This document shows positions 23,510 to 35,670 of a DNA stretch of 64,000 bases, in pieces (position 1 is the first letter of the stretch; the number at the start of each line of letters is the position of its first letter). Source of the stretch: Scyliorhinus canicula (lineage: Eukaryota); contig NW_024055498.1 of NCBI RefSeq assembly GCF_902713615.1, positions 4,520,554-4,584,553 on the forward strand. Reading direction: 5' to 3'. The position numbers were made by a program, and so were the translations under genes. The notes under the pieces are model-generated. The model was not told the origin of the DNA, did not search any database, and saw only the letters and a list, made by a program, of their open reading frames with translations.

Positions 23510-24330
23510 GCACACAGCATGCAAATCGTCGGTGTGCTAAATAGCAAGGAGGAATGGTATAGATTGCAGGATGATATTGACGGAAGGCCAGATGGGCAGA
23601 ACAGTGGCAAATGGAATTTAACCCTGATGTATTTTGGGAGGACGAACTTTGCAAGAAAACACACAATGAATGGAAGGATGCCAAGAAGTACAGAGGCAAG
23701 AGGGACCTTGGTGTTCATGCCCAGATATCCCCCCAGTCAACTGGGCAAGTAGATAAGGTGGTGAAGAAGACACACAGGATACTTGCCTTTATTAGCTGAG
23801 ACATGGCATATAAGAGCAGGGAGGGAATTGTGGAGCCGTATAAAATGCTGGTTAGTCCTCAGCTGGAGTATTTTGTGCACATCTGCTCGCCACCTTACGG
23901 AAAGGATGTGATTATAGCAGAGAGGGTGCAGAAGAGATTAATCAGGAGGTTTTCTGGGCAGGAATGTTTCAGCTCTGAGGAGAGGCTAGATAGGCTGGGA
24001 TATTGTCCTTAAAGCAGAGAATACTGAGGAGGACCTAATCGAGGGGTGCAAAAAATAAACATTTCCATTAGCAGAGGGGTCAACAACGAGGGGGCATAGA
24101 TTTAAGGTGTGAAGCAGATGATTTAGAGGGAATTTGAGCGCGGTGGGAACCTGGAACTCATTGCCCATAAGGCTAGTCCAGGCGGAAACTCTCACAACAA
24201 CAAAGAAGCGTTTAGATGAGGATTTGAAACGCCATTGTATGCAAGGCGACGGCCAAGTGTCAGAAATTAGTTTAGACTAGATAGGTACTTGATGGCCGGA
24301 GCAAACACGATGTGTCAAAGGGCCTCTCCT
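23510..24330 (+). mobile_element. Decayed CR1-type LINE fragment
   Basis: RLQDDIDG...KWNL, YKMLVSPQLEYF, ERVQKRL motifs with frameshifts. Confidence 0.85.
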
Positions 24331-25055
24331 TTGCCGTAAAGCTCTACCTGCCAGAAGGCCACCTCGCCTTAGGTCAAAGAAAGTAAAGGAGAGACTGTAC
24401 TGAGTTGCTGAAATGTAAGTGGATCTGTCAATGAAGATGACACGGAGCTGGTTCCACGAGCAGATCCTTGGATAGTACGAAGATCGAGGAGAAATAAAGC
24501 CCAGGAAAGTTCCATTCATTATGTCTACTGCGATTTGCTGAACTGCAGAAGAGGTGTCTAAATAAAGGAAGGACATTCAACAATAACTTTAAGAAGGAAA
24601 TGTAAAGGCAATTACCCGGCTATGTAGAAAATGCTATTTTTGAAAGAAGAATAAGATAACCATTTCAAAGTGTCTCGGGCAATATAGGTCGTGTGCCCTC
24701 ACCCCCGACTCGAAGATTCTAGATTCTAGTCCGTCATGTCCTTTCCAATATATTTCTTGTCAGTGACTTGCACGATGAGCAGGTGCAGGATGGTTACGGT
24801 CTAGTGAAGATTCAACCGTCGCTATTTCCGCTTCATCAGTTCCGACTGCAGCTGAGAGTCACCGCACACTTCACTCAATATTCCCGCCCACAGCTTCCGG
24901 TTGCTGCTCTCACTCTGACCCAATTGTGGAGAGGTTGCTGCTGCTGGTTCATTCCTCTCATTGGCCGGATCAGCAGTGCAGTGTGACGGGGATCTGTATT
25001 TCTGTCTCTGACAGAGGATGTCTCTCATTGTAGAGTTTCAATCTCAAGGAGGATC

Positions 25056-25557
25056 ATGAGGAACCATCTCGCTTCGCTCATCATCGTTATCTCACTTCTC
25101 AGTCAGTATTTCCTTCCCAGTAACACTCCATTCTCTTCCTGAATGCCGTAACCCTGATTTTATTGGTAAAATGACAGAGATTATTTTGCTGGTGATCATA
25201 TTGCTGAATGCGATGCTAACTCTGATTGTCATTATTGTTGTTATTTCTGTTAGAATGGAGCCACCAGGACACCGTGGAACAAAAGGAATCTGAAATAATG
25301 GTTACAGAGGAAAGGAATGCCACAATAACCTGCACCTTGGAAACAAGCGATGCTAACCCTTTTGTGTACTGGTACAGTCAGCAGCCCGGGAAAGCACCAA
25401 CGTATATGTTTCTTCTTATTGGACAGATTGTGCAAAGGAACACCGACCTCAATGATCGGTTTTCTTCTACGTTTGATAAAAAAGACAAGACTACCGAGCT
25501 AACGATCAGTAACACAATGATCTCAGACAGCGCCATGTATTTCTGTGCCATGCAGCC
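25056..25557 (+). CDS. V6: TCR alpha/delta V segment (V1 family); leader 25056-25101 (MRNHLASLIIVISLL), intron 25102-25253, V exon 25254-25557
   Basis: GTCAGT donor, phase 1; open frame WSHQDTVEQ...ITC...VYWYSQQPG...DSAMYFCAMQP. Confidence 0.92.
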
Positions 25558-25596
25558 CACACTGCTACAGAGATACAGTGGACCCGTCCAAAAACC
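25558..25596 (+). other. 23-RSS of V6: CACACTG - 23 bp - CCAAAAACC
   Basis: Exact spacer, one nonamer mismatch. Confidence 0.9.
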
Positions 25597-25621
25597 CCAC
25601 ACTGGCAGTTCCAGCTGCCGC

Positions 25622-25635
25622 TCAGCAGGGGGCGC
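25622..25635 (+). promoter_or_regulatory. CTCF-type motif TCAGCAGGGGGCGC about 25 bp 3' of the V6 nonamer
   Basis: Strong match to the CTCF core; positionally equivalent to the V4 site. Confidence 0.65.
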
Positions 25636-26159
25636 GTCCTCATGGGCAGTTCAGGTTACACAGTGAGTGACAAACATTGTAACAAAACATCTCAAAAATA
25701 GCAAGAGGTGAGGTCCACTTGCACAGTTAAACCAGTTCACGATTGCAACTTGCATTCATAACAGATGTAAGATTGACGAATCGATCTGTCATTCCTTAAA
25801 TCCTGCTTCTTGTTCATATCTTGGTGTACAGACTCACTCACTCAGTAAACTATCAGGTCTCATTGGACAATAGCAAATGCAACAATTTAAATTAATGTTG
25901 AGCTTTTCACATCATTACATGTCCAAAGGAGATTCAGAGGAGCATTTATGTCAAATGATCAAAAACCTGCTCAAAGAGTTCGGTTATTTGGGGCGGTACA
26001 ATGGCTAGCACTGCAGCCTCACAGCGCCAGGGACCCGGATTCTACTCTGGCCTTGGACGAGCTCGTGGCGTTTGCACGTTGTCCCCGGGTCTGTGATGGT
26101 TTCCTCCGTGTGCCGCGGTTTCCTCCCACAATCCAAAAATATGCAGAATAGGTGGATTA

Positions 26160-26800
26160 GATAGATTTAATAAACCTCAATCAGGTGCTCCGTCAGCCTT
26201 CTCGGCTCTGAGGAAAACCATCCTAAGCCAATCAGCCTGTCATCATAGCAGAAACACTCCAGCCCCGGCAACATCCTGGGGAATCTCCACTGCACCCTCT
26301 TTCGTGCAATCAAATCCTTCCGATAGTGTGGCGACCAGAACTGCACACAGGGATCCAGCCGTTTCCTAACCAGCGTTTCTGCAGCTTCATCATAACCTCC
26401 CTGCTCTTATGTTCAACGGAAAATAAACGCAAATATTTCATAAGCCTTTCTTAACCACCGTATTTACCTGTGCTGCTGCTTTCAGGGCTCTATGGATACG
26501 CATCCCAGGTCCCTCTGGTTACTGTAATTCCGAGCGTCCTACTGTTCATTATATTTTCCCTTGCCTTTCTAGCCCTCCCAAATTGCATCACCTCGCAAAT
26601 TTTCAGACCATTTGCCACTATTCTAAGGTTTTCCTCTTCATTATTAACCACATCAACAATTTTCTCGGAATCTGCGAACTTACTGATTATACCTCTACCA
26701 GCGCCCCTGGGTTACACGGAATGTGGAGCTGAGGCCATGGTCACCTTAGTCATGATCTCATTGAATTGTGGAGTAGACTCGAGTGGCCGATTGACCAACT
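26160..26800 (-). mobile_element. Decayed CR1-type LINE fragments
   Basis: Reverse complement resembles 18065-18700 (RT C-terminal region). Confidence 0.7.
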
Positions 26801-27289
26801 CCCTCCTCCCAAATCGGATGCTCATATGGCAATGAAAAGGCAGTGCATTTTCCCGAGTCAGTGTTGGTTACTGAGCGAGACACAGAATCGTTGAGCTGAG
26901 CCCCCACACCAGCAGGCCGTATCCTTCAATGGTGCGTCGATCCCAATGCCTCAGCCAGCTCACGGTACTTGCTGTCCTAGCATTATCACATCTTGCTTTA
27001 TTGCAGCAGAGAAATGCATTCCTCTGTTTGCCAGTGACACGCCAGTGAAAGACAAGGCCAGTAAAATTGGGCAGCCAATGCCTGGACATAAATATGTACG
27101 CGGAAATCCTGGAAGTTTGTCACTCGCGGAATTATTATAGCGCCAGGAATGTTATAGCACTCAGAATCACAGATGCACAGAACCACCAGTTCAGATGAGG
27201 CCTTCCGGTCAATTGAGTCTGCACCAACATGTAAAATATACAGGACTAACTACAGGAACTCATTTGTCAGCACGTGTTCCATAGCCTTG

Positions 27290-27740
27290 AATGTGGGGAC
27301 GTGTAATGTGCTCATCCAGGTACTATTTAATCGATGTGAAGCACACTGCCTCGACCACCCTCCCACGTAGTTTGCTCCAGATAGTCACCATCCTCCGAAT
27401 AAATAAGATTTTCCTCAAATCCCCATAACCTCCTGCCCCTCACCTTGAACTTGTGTCCCTTCGCAACTGACCCTTCAACGAAGGGGAACTGCTGCTCCCT
27501 ATCCACCCTGCCATGACCCTCGTAATCTTGTACACACAAGACTATGCAACTTCTCTTCATAACATACATGTTCCATCCCAGGAAACATCCTGGTGAATCT
27601 CCTCTGCACCCCCTCCAGTGCAATCACATCCTTCCTATAATGTGGCGCCCAGAATTGCACACAGTACTCCAGCTGTGGCCTCACGGCAGTTCTGTACAAC
27701 TCCAACATGATCTCCCTGCTTTTAGAATCCATGCCTCTAT
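27290..27740 (-). mobile_element. CR1-type LINE fragment
   Basis: Minus ORF LYRTAVRPQLEYCVQFWAPHYRKD. Confidence 0.88.
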
Positions 27741-29121
27741 TGTCCTGCAAGCAGGGATGGTGCGGCGGAACAGGAGTGGTACAGTGGTTAGCACTGCTAC
27801 CTCACAGCGCCAGGGACCCGGGTTCACTTCCGGCCATGAGTGTGCAGTTTGCACTTTCTCCCCATGTCTGCGAGGGTTTCCTCCGGCTGCTCAATTTTTT
27901 AAAAAGACCTTATCAGAGTTACAAAGCTAGAGCTCAGAGTGTGGACAGGGGCAAACCCCTAATGCAGCTCCTTGCCTGCTCCAAAAACCAATTCAAATTG
28001 AATCCAATTCATGGCACCCAGAAGAGAGACATACCAGATCCACGCATTCCACCTGACCTCACGCTCATCTTAGCAAAAAGGCGAGAAGCGATTTCCTCCC
28101 ACAGTTCAAAGATGTGTAGGAAATCTGGATTGACCTTGCTAAATTGCCCCTTAGCGCACCTTCGTCTCAATTGGGCGAAGACTGTCCCTGATCTGTGTGG
28201 GAATCCAACATAAAACATGTCGTGTCAACAGAAACTTCAGGTATTTTCGATCGACAACTTGATTTCTATTAAAGCATAAACCTGGCACCATGTGCTTCCC
28301 ATGTCCCAGACTGATAGTAATTCTCATGTTGTTCAGCGGTTATTGTACATAATAATAATAATCTGTATTAGTGTCACAATTTGGCTTACATTAAGACTGC
28401 AATGAAGTTACGTTGAAAATCCCCTAGTCACCACATTCCGACGCCTGTTCGGGTACACAGAGGGAGAATTCAGAATGTCCAAATTACCTAACAGCATGTA
28501 TTTTTGGGACTTGTGGGAGGAAACCGGAACACCCTGAGGAAACCCACGCAGACACTGGGAGAATTTGCAGACTGCACACAGACAGTGACTCAAGCCGGGA
28601 ATCGAACCCGGCTTCCTGGAGCTGTGGGGCAGCAATGCAAACCACTGAGCCACAGTGCCGCCCATTAATTACCTGGTACATTTAGTACCGCAGCAGACAT
28701 TGATCCATTCTGCATTTCGTTACAGGAACGGGTAACGAGAAGACTTTGTCCTTGGACTCATCTGCGAGAGCAGGCCTGATTTTCGTCCATCTTAACTCCT
28801 CATTCGGGTGCCTCCCTCTGCCGGTAGGTAGATATTCGGTTTTAAAGATACAATAAAATGTGCGGTATAATAGACAATAATAAGATGATAAGGCCATTAG
28901 ACATAGGAGCAGAATTAGGCCACTTGGCCCATCGAGTGCGCTTCGCCATTCAATCATGGCTGATATTTTCAGACAAAGCTCTCATGATTTCCCAAACTAT
29001 TCCTCTGTCGATCTACACAAGGACAGAAAAATGTCTTGTAAATAGACATGATTGCTTGCCTGAGCCCGGGATCAATTCCTTCTCGGAAAGGAACCTCAGT
29101 GATGCTGTAAACACTCACTCA

Positions 29122-29872
29122 GGGTTGTGTACGGGGCTTTAGGTTTTTTCTAACGCTGTTCCTCAGTGCGCAGTAATAGACCTCCCCATCCTCCACATCG
29201 AATGCACTTATACTGAGGTAACCGTTCTGTTTAGATTTGTCAGCAAACGCCAGATATCGTCCTGACCCCACATCTTTCTTCATTACTAAGGTGTTGGTGA
29301 TAATCCATCACGGTGGCTGTGCCGGTTTCTCCTGATATCATTGCATTTTGGACATGTTGGGGCCTTTATATTGGCAATTTAACTTCACCGAACCCCCTTC
29401 TGGGACAGCTATTGTCACTGCTGACTGGGCTACTGGATTACATATAGCCGGCCTGCGAAAGTGAAGGACTGAAATGAACAGATTGTTGTTCCTTTACAAA
29501 GTTAGAGTTTTTTCAATTAAGAGGTGCTTTTTAGCGTGGCCACTCCACTTAGCCTGTACATCTGGGTTGTGGGAGTGAGAATGTTCAAACACCACACCGC
29601 CAGTGATCTGGGACCGGGATCGAACCCGTGTCCTCAGTGCAATGAGGCAGCAGTGCCAACCATTGCGCCACCGTGCCGCCCTGAGTTTAAACAGAGTTGA
29701 TATAAATTTGCTTGTATCTGCGGCATTTTCTGGGACCTCTGATGCAGGCACTTCATAGACATTCCCGATCGTTAATTATACTCTAGCCTATGTGTATTAA
29801 TATGCTAATCTGGTTTAATTAACACTATAACTACTTCCTGTGCCAAAGCGCCGCCAGTATTATCACTAACAT
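29122..29872 (-). pseudogene. psiV7: TCR V pseudogene (family B); leader 29872-29839 (MLVIILAALWH, donor GG), V exon 29452-29161, RSS AACAGCG-23-ACACAACCC
   Basis: NPVAQSAVTIAVPEGGSVKLNC...MQ*YQEKP...P*...frameshift...DGEVYYCALR; stops, frameshifts, mutated heptamer. Confidence 0.9.
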
Positions 29873-30545
29873 GTCTGACTGAATCTCTCTCAGTGAACTG
29901 GACTGGACTGAGTCAGGGATTGTGTAGGAGAGAGGGAACTTCGTGCAGCGCAGGGAGAGGGTCTATTGTGACATCACTCGCCTCCCATCCTATCGGCTTG
30001 GCCGACACCATCGGGTGAGTTTCTGACGCCCGTGCTTGAATTTGGCGCCCTCTGCTGCCGGATTCGGTTTACTCCGTGTTAGAATTCGGCTGTTCAGTGG
30101 ATTCAGTGTTGGCTGCAATGCATATCAGGACGGGAAACCTAGACAGAAATCTAAATTTCAGCTGTTTATACACTATCTTTGTCACTATAGGTGTTTCTAA
30201 TCAAAAAACGATGCTTAATCTGTGCAAATCATCCCTGGAGTTCTCGGTTCACACTTTAGGACGAAGTCGAAAGAATGCCAAGACTTTCGGTGGACATGCG
30301 GAGGTTAGAACTCAGAATAATAGCACGGCTCAACAGACTAGTTTTCTTTATTTTGGTTCTGACGAAGAAGGTACAAAAGGGGAACTGCTCTGAACATCGC
30401 TTTTTTCAGAGACCAAATTGTCTGGAATTATTTTCATTAGCTGAAGGTGAAATGTCCTATAAAGAAATAGGTGAATGATATCTCATGCTGCAAGTGTTTG
30501 CGATGCAATGAAACGTTACAGAGGACTTTGAATGGATCAGCACCG

Positions 30546-30617
30546 AGGCACGGACGGGAGTCGAACCCGTGATGTTTGGTTTACGAAACCAACGCCTTTC
30601 CTCTTGGCCATCGCGCC
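30546..30617 (-). tRNA. tRNA-Thr(CGT), A7:C66 mismatch; possibly weak or pseudo
   Basis: GGCGCGATGGCCAAG...TTGGTTTCGTAAACCAA...ACGGGTTCGACTCCCGTCCGTGCCT; matches the vertebrate Thr-CGT body. Confidence 0.85.
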
Positions 30618-31154
30618 TTAGGCAAGTTAATGATGTTGATTGCACTGTGAGTTGTTATCATTTGGAGTCTGGCGCAACAATTGATGAGAGAAGAAGAATC
30701 AATAGAACATTTCAAAAAGTATTGTCAGAACTTGAGAACGGAAAACCCCGCGGGATTTAAATGCAGGGTGAAATGGGCAATAGAAAAAGTTATTTCAAAT
30801 AGGCGCAGGAAGCGTCAGTTCAATCTGCCCCCAGCCCTCCGACACTATATTCTTCTCAGTGAGTTGAGCAGGTGCCGGACGGTCACGGGATGCTGGGTGC
30901 TCAACTGTCGCTATTTCCGCTCCATCACTTGTGACTGCAGCTGATAACCGCCGCACAATTTTCAGCTTTGAGTCTGCGGTGCCCCGGTCACAGTTTCCGT
31001 CTGATGCCCTCGCTCCAACACCATTGGGATATTCTAGACATTGCTGCCGCTGCTCGATTCCTGTCATTGGTTGGATCAGCAATGCAGTGGGACCTGAATC
31101 TGGATTGCTGCTCTGACAGACAATTGCCTGCGCTAAAGAGCGATTCATTCAGGA

Positions 31155-31545
31155 ACGATCGCGGGGAACTGCCTCGTCACCCTCTTCGTTATGATCTCGC
31201 TACTCAGCATTTCCTTCACTGCAAAACCCCCATTCTCCCCTTACTGAGTAACCAGATATTATTGTTAATTAAATAATAATGAGTATGGTGCAGGTGACCG
31301 TTACGTTGGTCAATATGAGGCTGATTCTGAATTTTGAGATTATTATTGTTTTCTGTTCGTTTCTATCAGACTGGAGCCACCAAGACCCAGTGGAACATCT
31401 GGACGCTGAAATGAGGGTTGAAGACGATACTGACGCCACACAGCAGTACAATCGATACTGACGATCCTGATACACAGTCAGCATCCGGGCAGCCTCCACG
31501 GTTCATATTCCGTCTGATTGGAGAGAATATGCGTAGCAGCAAATG
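31155..31545 (+). pseudogene. psiV8: V1/V6-family pseudogene (ACG start, GC donor, internal deletions, 3' end missing)
   Basis: Leader-like TIAGNCLVTLFVMISLL; exon WSHQDPVEHLDAEMRVEDD...QPPRFIFRLIGEN; block D upstream. Confidence 0.8.
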
Positions 31546-31809
31546 TAGAATTGATCGCAATATGACACATATATAGAGAAATACCAGCACATAAATATAG
31601 AGATCGCTATATGTGTAGGTGCCGTCAATCACATTATAGCAGAAAGACAGTGGGTCCCAGAAACAAACCGACACCGAGAGGGGTAGGGGTATATGTGTGT
31701 GTGTGGGGGGGGGGGGGGGGGGGGTGATATTCATCTCTCAAGGTGGATGCGAGAGGGCGGTCAGAAAGACCATTGCCATTTATTATTATGTGAAAATGGC
31801 GCAAGACGG

Positions 31810-33712
31810 GTTATTGGGTTGGATTTGCTTATTATCGAGGTACAGTGAAAAGTATTTTCTGCAAGCAGCTCAACAGATCATTCAGTACATGGAAGAAGAG
31901 GGAATTAAACAAAATTCAACAAAATACAAGAAAATACATGGGACTACATAATAGGGCAACACAATATATACAATGTAACTACATGTGCATTGGCATCGGA
32001 TGAAGCATACAGGGTGTAGTGTTAATGAGGTCAGTCAATAAGAGAGTCATTTAGGAGTCTGGTGACAGTCGGGAAGAAGCTGTTTTTGAGTCTGTTCGTG
32101 CGTGTTCCCAAACTTCTGTATCTCCTGCCCGATGGAAGAAGTTGGAAAAGTGAGTAAGGCGGGTGGGAGGGATCCTTGATTATGCTGCCCTCTTTCCCCC
32201 ACAGCGGGAGGTGTAGATGGAGTCCATGGATGGGAGGCAGGTTCGTGTGATGGACTGGGCTATATTCACGACTCTCTGAAGTTACTTGCGGTCCTGGGCT
32301 GAGCAGTTGCCATACCAGGCTGTGATGCAGCCCGATAGGATGTTTTCTGTAGTGCACGTGTAAAAGTTGGTAAGGGTTAATGTGGACATGCCGAATTTCC
32401 TTAGTTTCCTGAGGAAGTGTGGGCGCTGTTGTGCTTTCTTAGTGATAGCGTCGACGTGAGTGGACCAGGACAGAGTATTGGTGATGTGCACCCCTAGGAA
32501 TTTGAAACTGCTAACCATCTCCACCTCGTCCACGTTGATGCTGACAGGGGTGTGTACAGTACTTTGCTTCCTGAAGTCGATGACCAGCTCTTTAGTTTTG
32601 CTGGCATTGAGGGAGAGATTGTTGTCGTTACACCACTCCACTAGGTTCTCTATCTCCCTCCTGTATTCGGACTCGTCGTTATTCAAGATCCGACCCACTC
32701 TGGTCGTATAGTCAGCCAACTTGTAGATGGAGTTGGAACCAAGTTTTGCCACGCAGTCGTGTGTGTACAGGGAGTAGAGTAGGGGGCTAAGTACCCAGCC
32801 TTGCGGGGCATCGGTATTGAGGACTATTGTGGAGGAGGTGTTGGTGTTCATTCTTACTGATTGTGGTCTGTTGGTCAGAAAGTCAAGGATCCAGTTGCAG
32901 AGTGGAGAGCCAAGTCCTAGGTTTTGGAGCTTTCATATGAGCTTGGCTGGGATTATGGTGTTGAAGGCGGAGCTGTAGTCAATAAATAAATGAACGAAAA
33001 ATGAAAATCACTTATTGTCACGAGTAGGCTTCAATGAAGTTACTGTGAAAAGCCCCGAGTCACCACATTCCGGCACCTGGTACAGGAATCGAACCGTGCT
33101 GTTGGCCTGCTTGGTCTGCTTTAAAAGCCAGCGATTTAGCCTGGTGAGCTTCACCAGCCCTTGGAGTCTGATGTAGGAGTCCTTGTTTTCCAGATGCTCT
33201 AGAGATGAGTGTAGGGCCAGGGAAATGGCGTCTGATGTGGACCGGTTGCGATGGTATGCGAACTGAAGTGGGTCAAGGCGTTCCAGGAGTATGGAGGTGA
33301 TGCGCTTCATGATCAGCCTCTCGAAGCACTTCATTACTACTGACGTCAGGGCCGCCGGAGGGTAGTCATTGAGGCATGTTGCCTCGTTCTTCTTTGGTAC
33401 CGGTATGATGGTGGTCTTCTTGAAGCAGGTGGGGACCTCGGTGTGGAGTAGGGATAGGTTAAAGATGTCTGTGAATACCTCTGCCAGCTGGTATGCGCAG
33501 GCTCTGAGTGCATGACCAGGGATCCCGTCCGGGCCCGTCGCCTTCCGTGGGTTCACTTTCAGGAAGGCCGATCTGACTTCGGAAACTTGATGGTGGGTAT
33601 GGGTGAATTAAGAGCTGCTGGGGCACTCGACAGCGGATTGTTGGTTACCTGCTCAAACCGAGCATAGAATGCATTAAGTTCGTCGGGAAAGGATGCGCTG
33701 CTGCCAGAGATA
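31810..33712 (-). mobile_element. Rex1/Babar fragment with internal deletion, interrupted by a short SINE (~32990-33160)
   Basis: Minus ORFs at 32282-32851 and 33008-33556 nearly identical to the 8547 ORF. Confidence 0.92.
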
Positions 33713-33880
33713 CAGTAAGAAGTCTTACAACACCAGGTTAAAGTCCAACAGGTTTGTTTCAAACACGAGCTTTCGGAGCGCAGCTCCTTCCTCAGGTGAA
33801 TCACAAAACAGAATCATTTAACCTGGTGTTGTAAGACTTCTTACTGTGCTCACCGCAGTCCAACGCCGGCATCTCCACAT
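33712..33880. repeat. Penelope-like terminal sequence forming a perfect 31-bp inverted repeat (33712-33742 / 33817-33847)
   Basis: acagtaagaagtcttacaacaccaggttaaa vs tttaacctggtgttgtaagacttcttactgt; same at ~52305-52440; plus-strand relative at 57795-57920. Confidence 0.75.
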
Positions 33881-34304
33881 CATGGCCAGAGATACTGCTC
33901 GACCCGGTCCGGTTATGTAGATCTTTGGGTTTTTTTTCTGAGGGATTTTTCTCCAGAGACCGCTGAGATAGGCCCGTTGAAGATTTTAAGACAGATGTGG
34001 TTGGATTCTCAACTGAAAAGGTAATCAAAGGTTATCCGGGGTCGGTGAAATGTGAATCTGAGGTCATGTTCGCATCTGTCACGAACTTATTGAATGTTGG
34101 AGAAGGCTCAAGGGGATGAATAGCCAACTCCTGCTCAACATTCGTCTGTTAGCAGGTCCGTGAGGAGGTGTCACAATCTCCTGAGTTATCGAGGGAGACA
34201 CAGCATCGTTGAGCTATTCCCCAGCTCGGCGCCATGAAGGATATTACAGCAATAGAGGCAACTCCATGCCGTAGCCGGTGCACGGTAGGTGTTATCAGAA
34301 CAGG

Positions 34305-34475
34305 AAAATCTCTTATTGTCACGAGTCCGCTTCAAATGAAATTACTCTGAAAATCCCCTAGTCGTCACATTCCGGCGCCTGTTCGGGGGGGCTGTTACGG
34401 GAATCGAACCGTGCTGCTGGCCTGCTTGGTCTGCTTTCAAAGCCAGCGATTTAGCCCTGTCCTAAACAGCCCCTA
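34305..34475 (-). mobile_element. Short tRNA-derived SINE; other copies ~52905, 57411(+), 58765, 60262(+), 61145, 62575
   Basis: Shared ggctaaatcgctggc...gcagaccaagcaggccagcagcacggttcgattcccgta head and (tttca)n tail. Confidence 0.8.
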
Positions 34476-34507
34476 AAAACATATCATCCAGGAGTGGAAC
34501 AACAATT

Positions 34508-34524
34508 CGTCTCTGGGTGGGATC

Positions 34525-34581
<57 letters not shown>
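34508..34581 (-). tRNA. tRNA-Asn(GTT), C6:A67 mismatch
   Basis: GTCTCCGTGGCGCAATCGGTTAGCGCGTTCGGCTGTTAACCGAAAGGTTGGTGGTTCGATCCCACCCAGAGACG; T5 tract about 30 nt downstream. Confidence 0.9.
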
Positions 34582-35219
34582 GACAACAGGATCACAACTC
34601 TGTGCATTTCAACAGTGACGGCCAATCCTCTGATTGCCAGGGACCGAATGAGAATGCTGGCAATATTGGTCCCCTGAGGCAGTGCGGAAAATATCTGGAA
34701 GGAGCGTACACATGGTCCCGCGGGCATGGACATTTGTGAGACGTGGAATCATCACAGGCCCGTGGATTTTACAGAACTCACTTGGACAGCACCACACTTT
34801 CGTTGAAACACGTCCCTTATCCGGGAACCTCCATAACAGAAAGCAGGAAATGTCAACATAGATTTGATGTATTTTCGATCAGAAAGTCGATGTTCCGCTG
34901 AAGACTACTGGGGGCTCAGACTCATTGGCATAAGGTCGACCTAAGTTAACGGTCCTGGAAGATTTTATTATCCCCACATCTGAGAACTTTCATTACTGCT
35001 GCTCGGAAGTGGATATTCCAAGCTTAAATTTACTGTGCATCGCGACATGCTGATTAATCTCACGAATCCGAAACGGCTCCTCTATTGACCTATACAAGGA
35101 CAGAGACGGCAATGCAATTGTGGAGAAAGAGACCTGAGTATTTTTCTGAATCCAGATCAAACCATCCTCCGGTACAAGGGCAGGAACGCAAATTTACTGG
35201 AATTGAAAATACTCTCTGA

Positions 35220-35500
35220 GGCTTTCGTACGTGGTTGTAGCTGCTTTGTGACACTGTGCTCATTGCACAGTAATAGACCGCTCCATCCTCCACACTGAGC
35301 GCGTTTATATTGAGGTAACCATTCTTTTTAGACTTGTTGGCAGCCGCCAGATATCGTCCTGAGATCTCCTCTTTCTTCATCGTCAATATGTTAATGATGA
35401 CCAATCTCGGCGGCTGTGCCGGCTTTTGCTGATACCATAGCATGTGGTACATCGTCCGGTCTGTATATTCGCAATCTAACTGCACTGAACCCCCTTCTGA
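35220..35500 (-). pseudogene. psiV9: 5'-truncated family-B V segment, open from mid-FR1 to RSS CACAGTG-23-ACGAAAGCC
   Basis: SEGGSVQLDCEYTDRTMYHMLWYQQKP...EDGAVYYCAMS; no leader or acceptor, start of FR1 replaced by a repeat. Confidence 0.9.
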
Positions 35501-35670
35501 TTTCTAACCTGCCCCGGTTTTAATGAAAGGTGATGGTGAAAGACGAACTTTGTTGTCCTGTCGACAAATGCCGCCTGATTGCCTGAGATGTTGCAGTACT
35601 TTTGGCGTTCTCCGCAGATGTTAGATTGATTTTCGATGGCAATGACAGTATGCTTTGGCTCTTTTCGCGG

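Noticed and set aside
23518-23526. Octamer ATGCAAAT
   Set aside because: Inside a CR1 fragment and not positioned upstream of a V leader
29700-29760. ATG-initiated stretch MKCLHQRSQK as the leader of psiV7
   Set aside because: Not hydrophobic; a proper leader is found at 29872-29839
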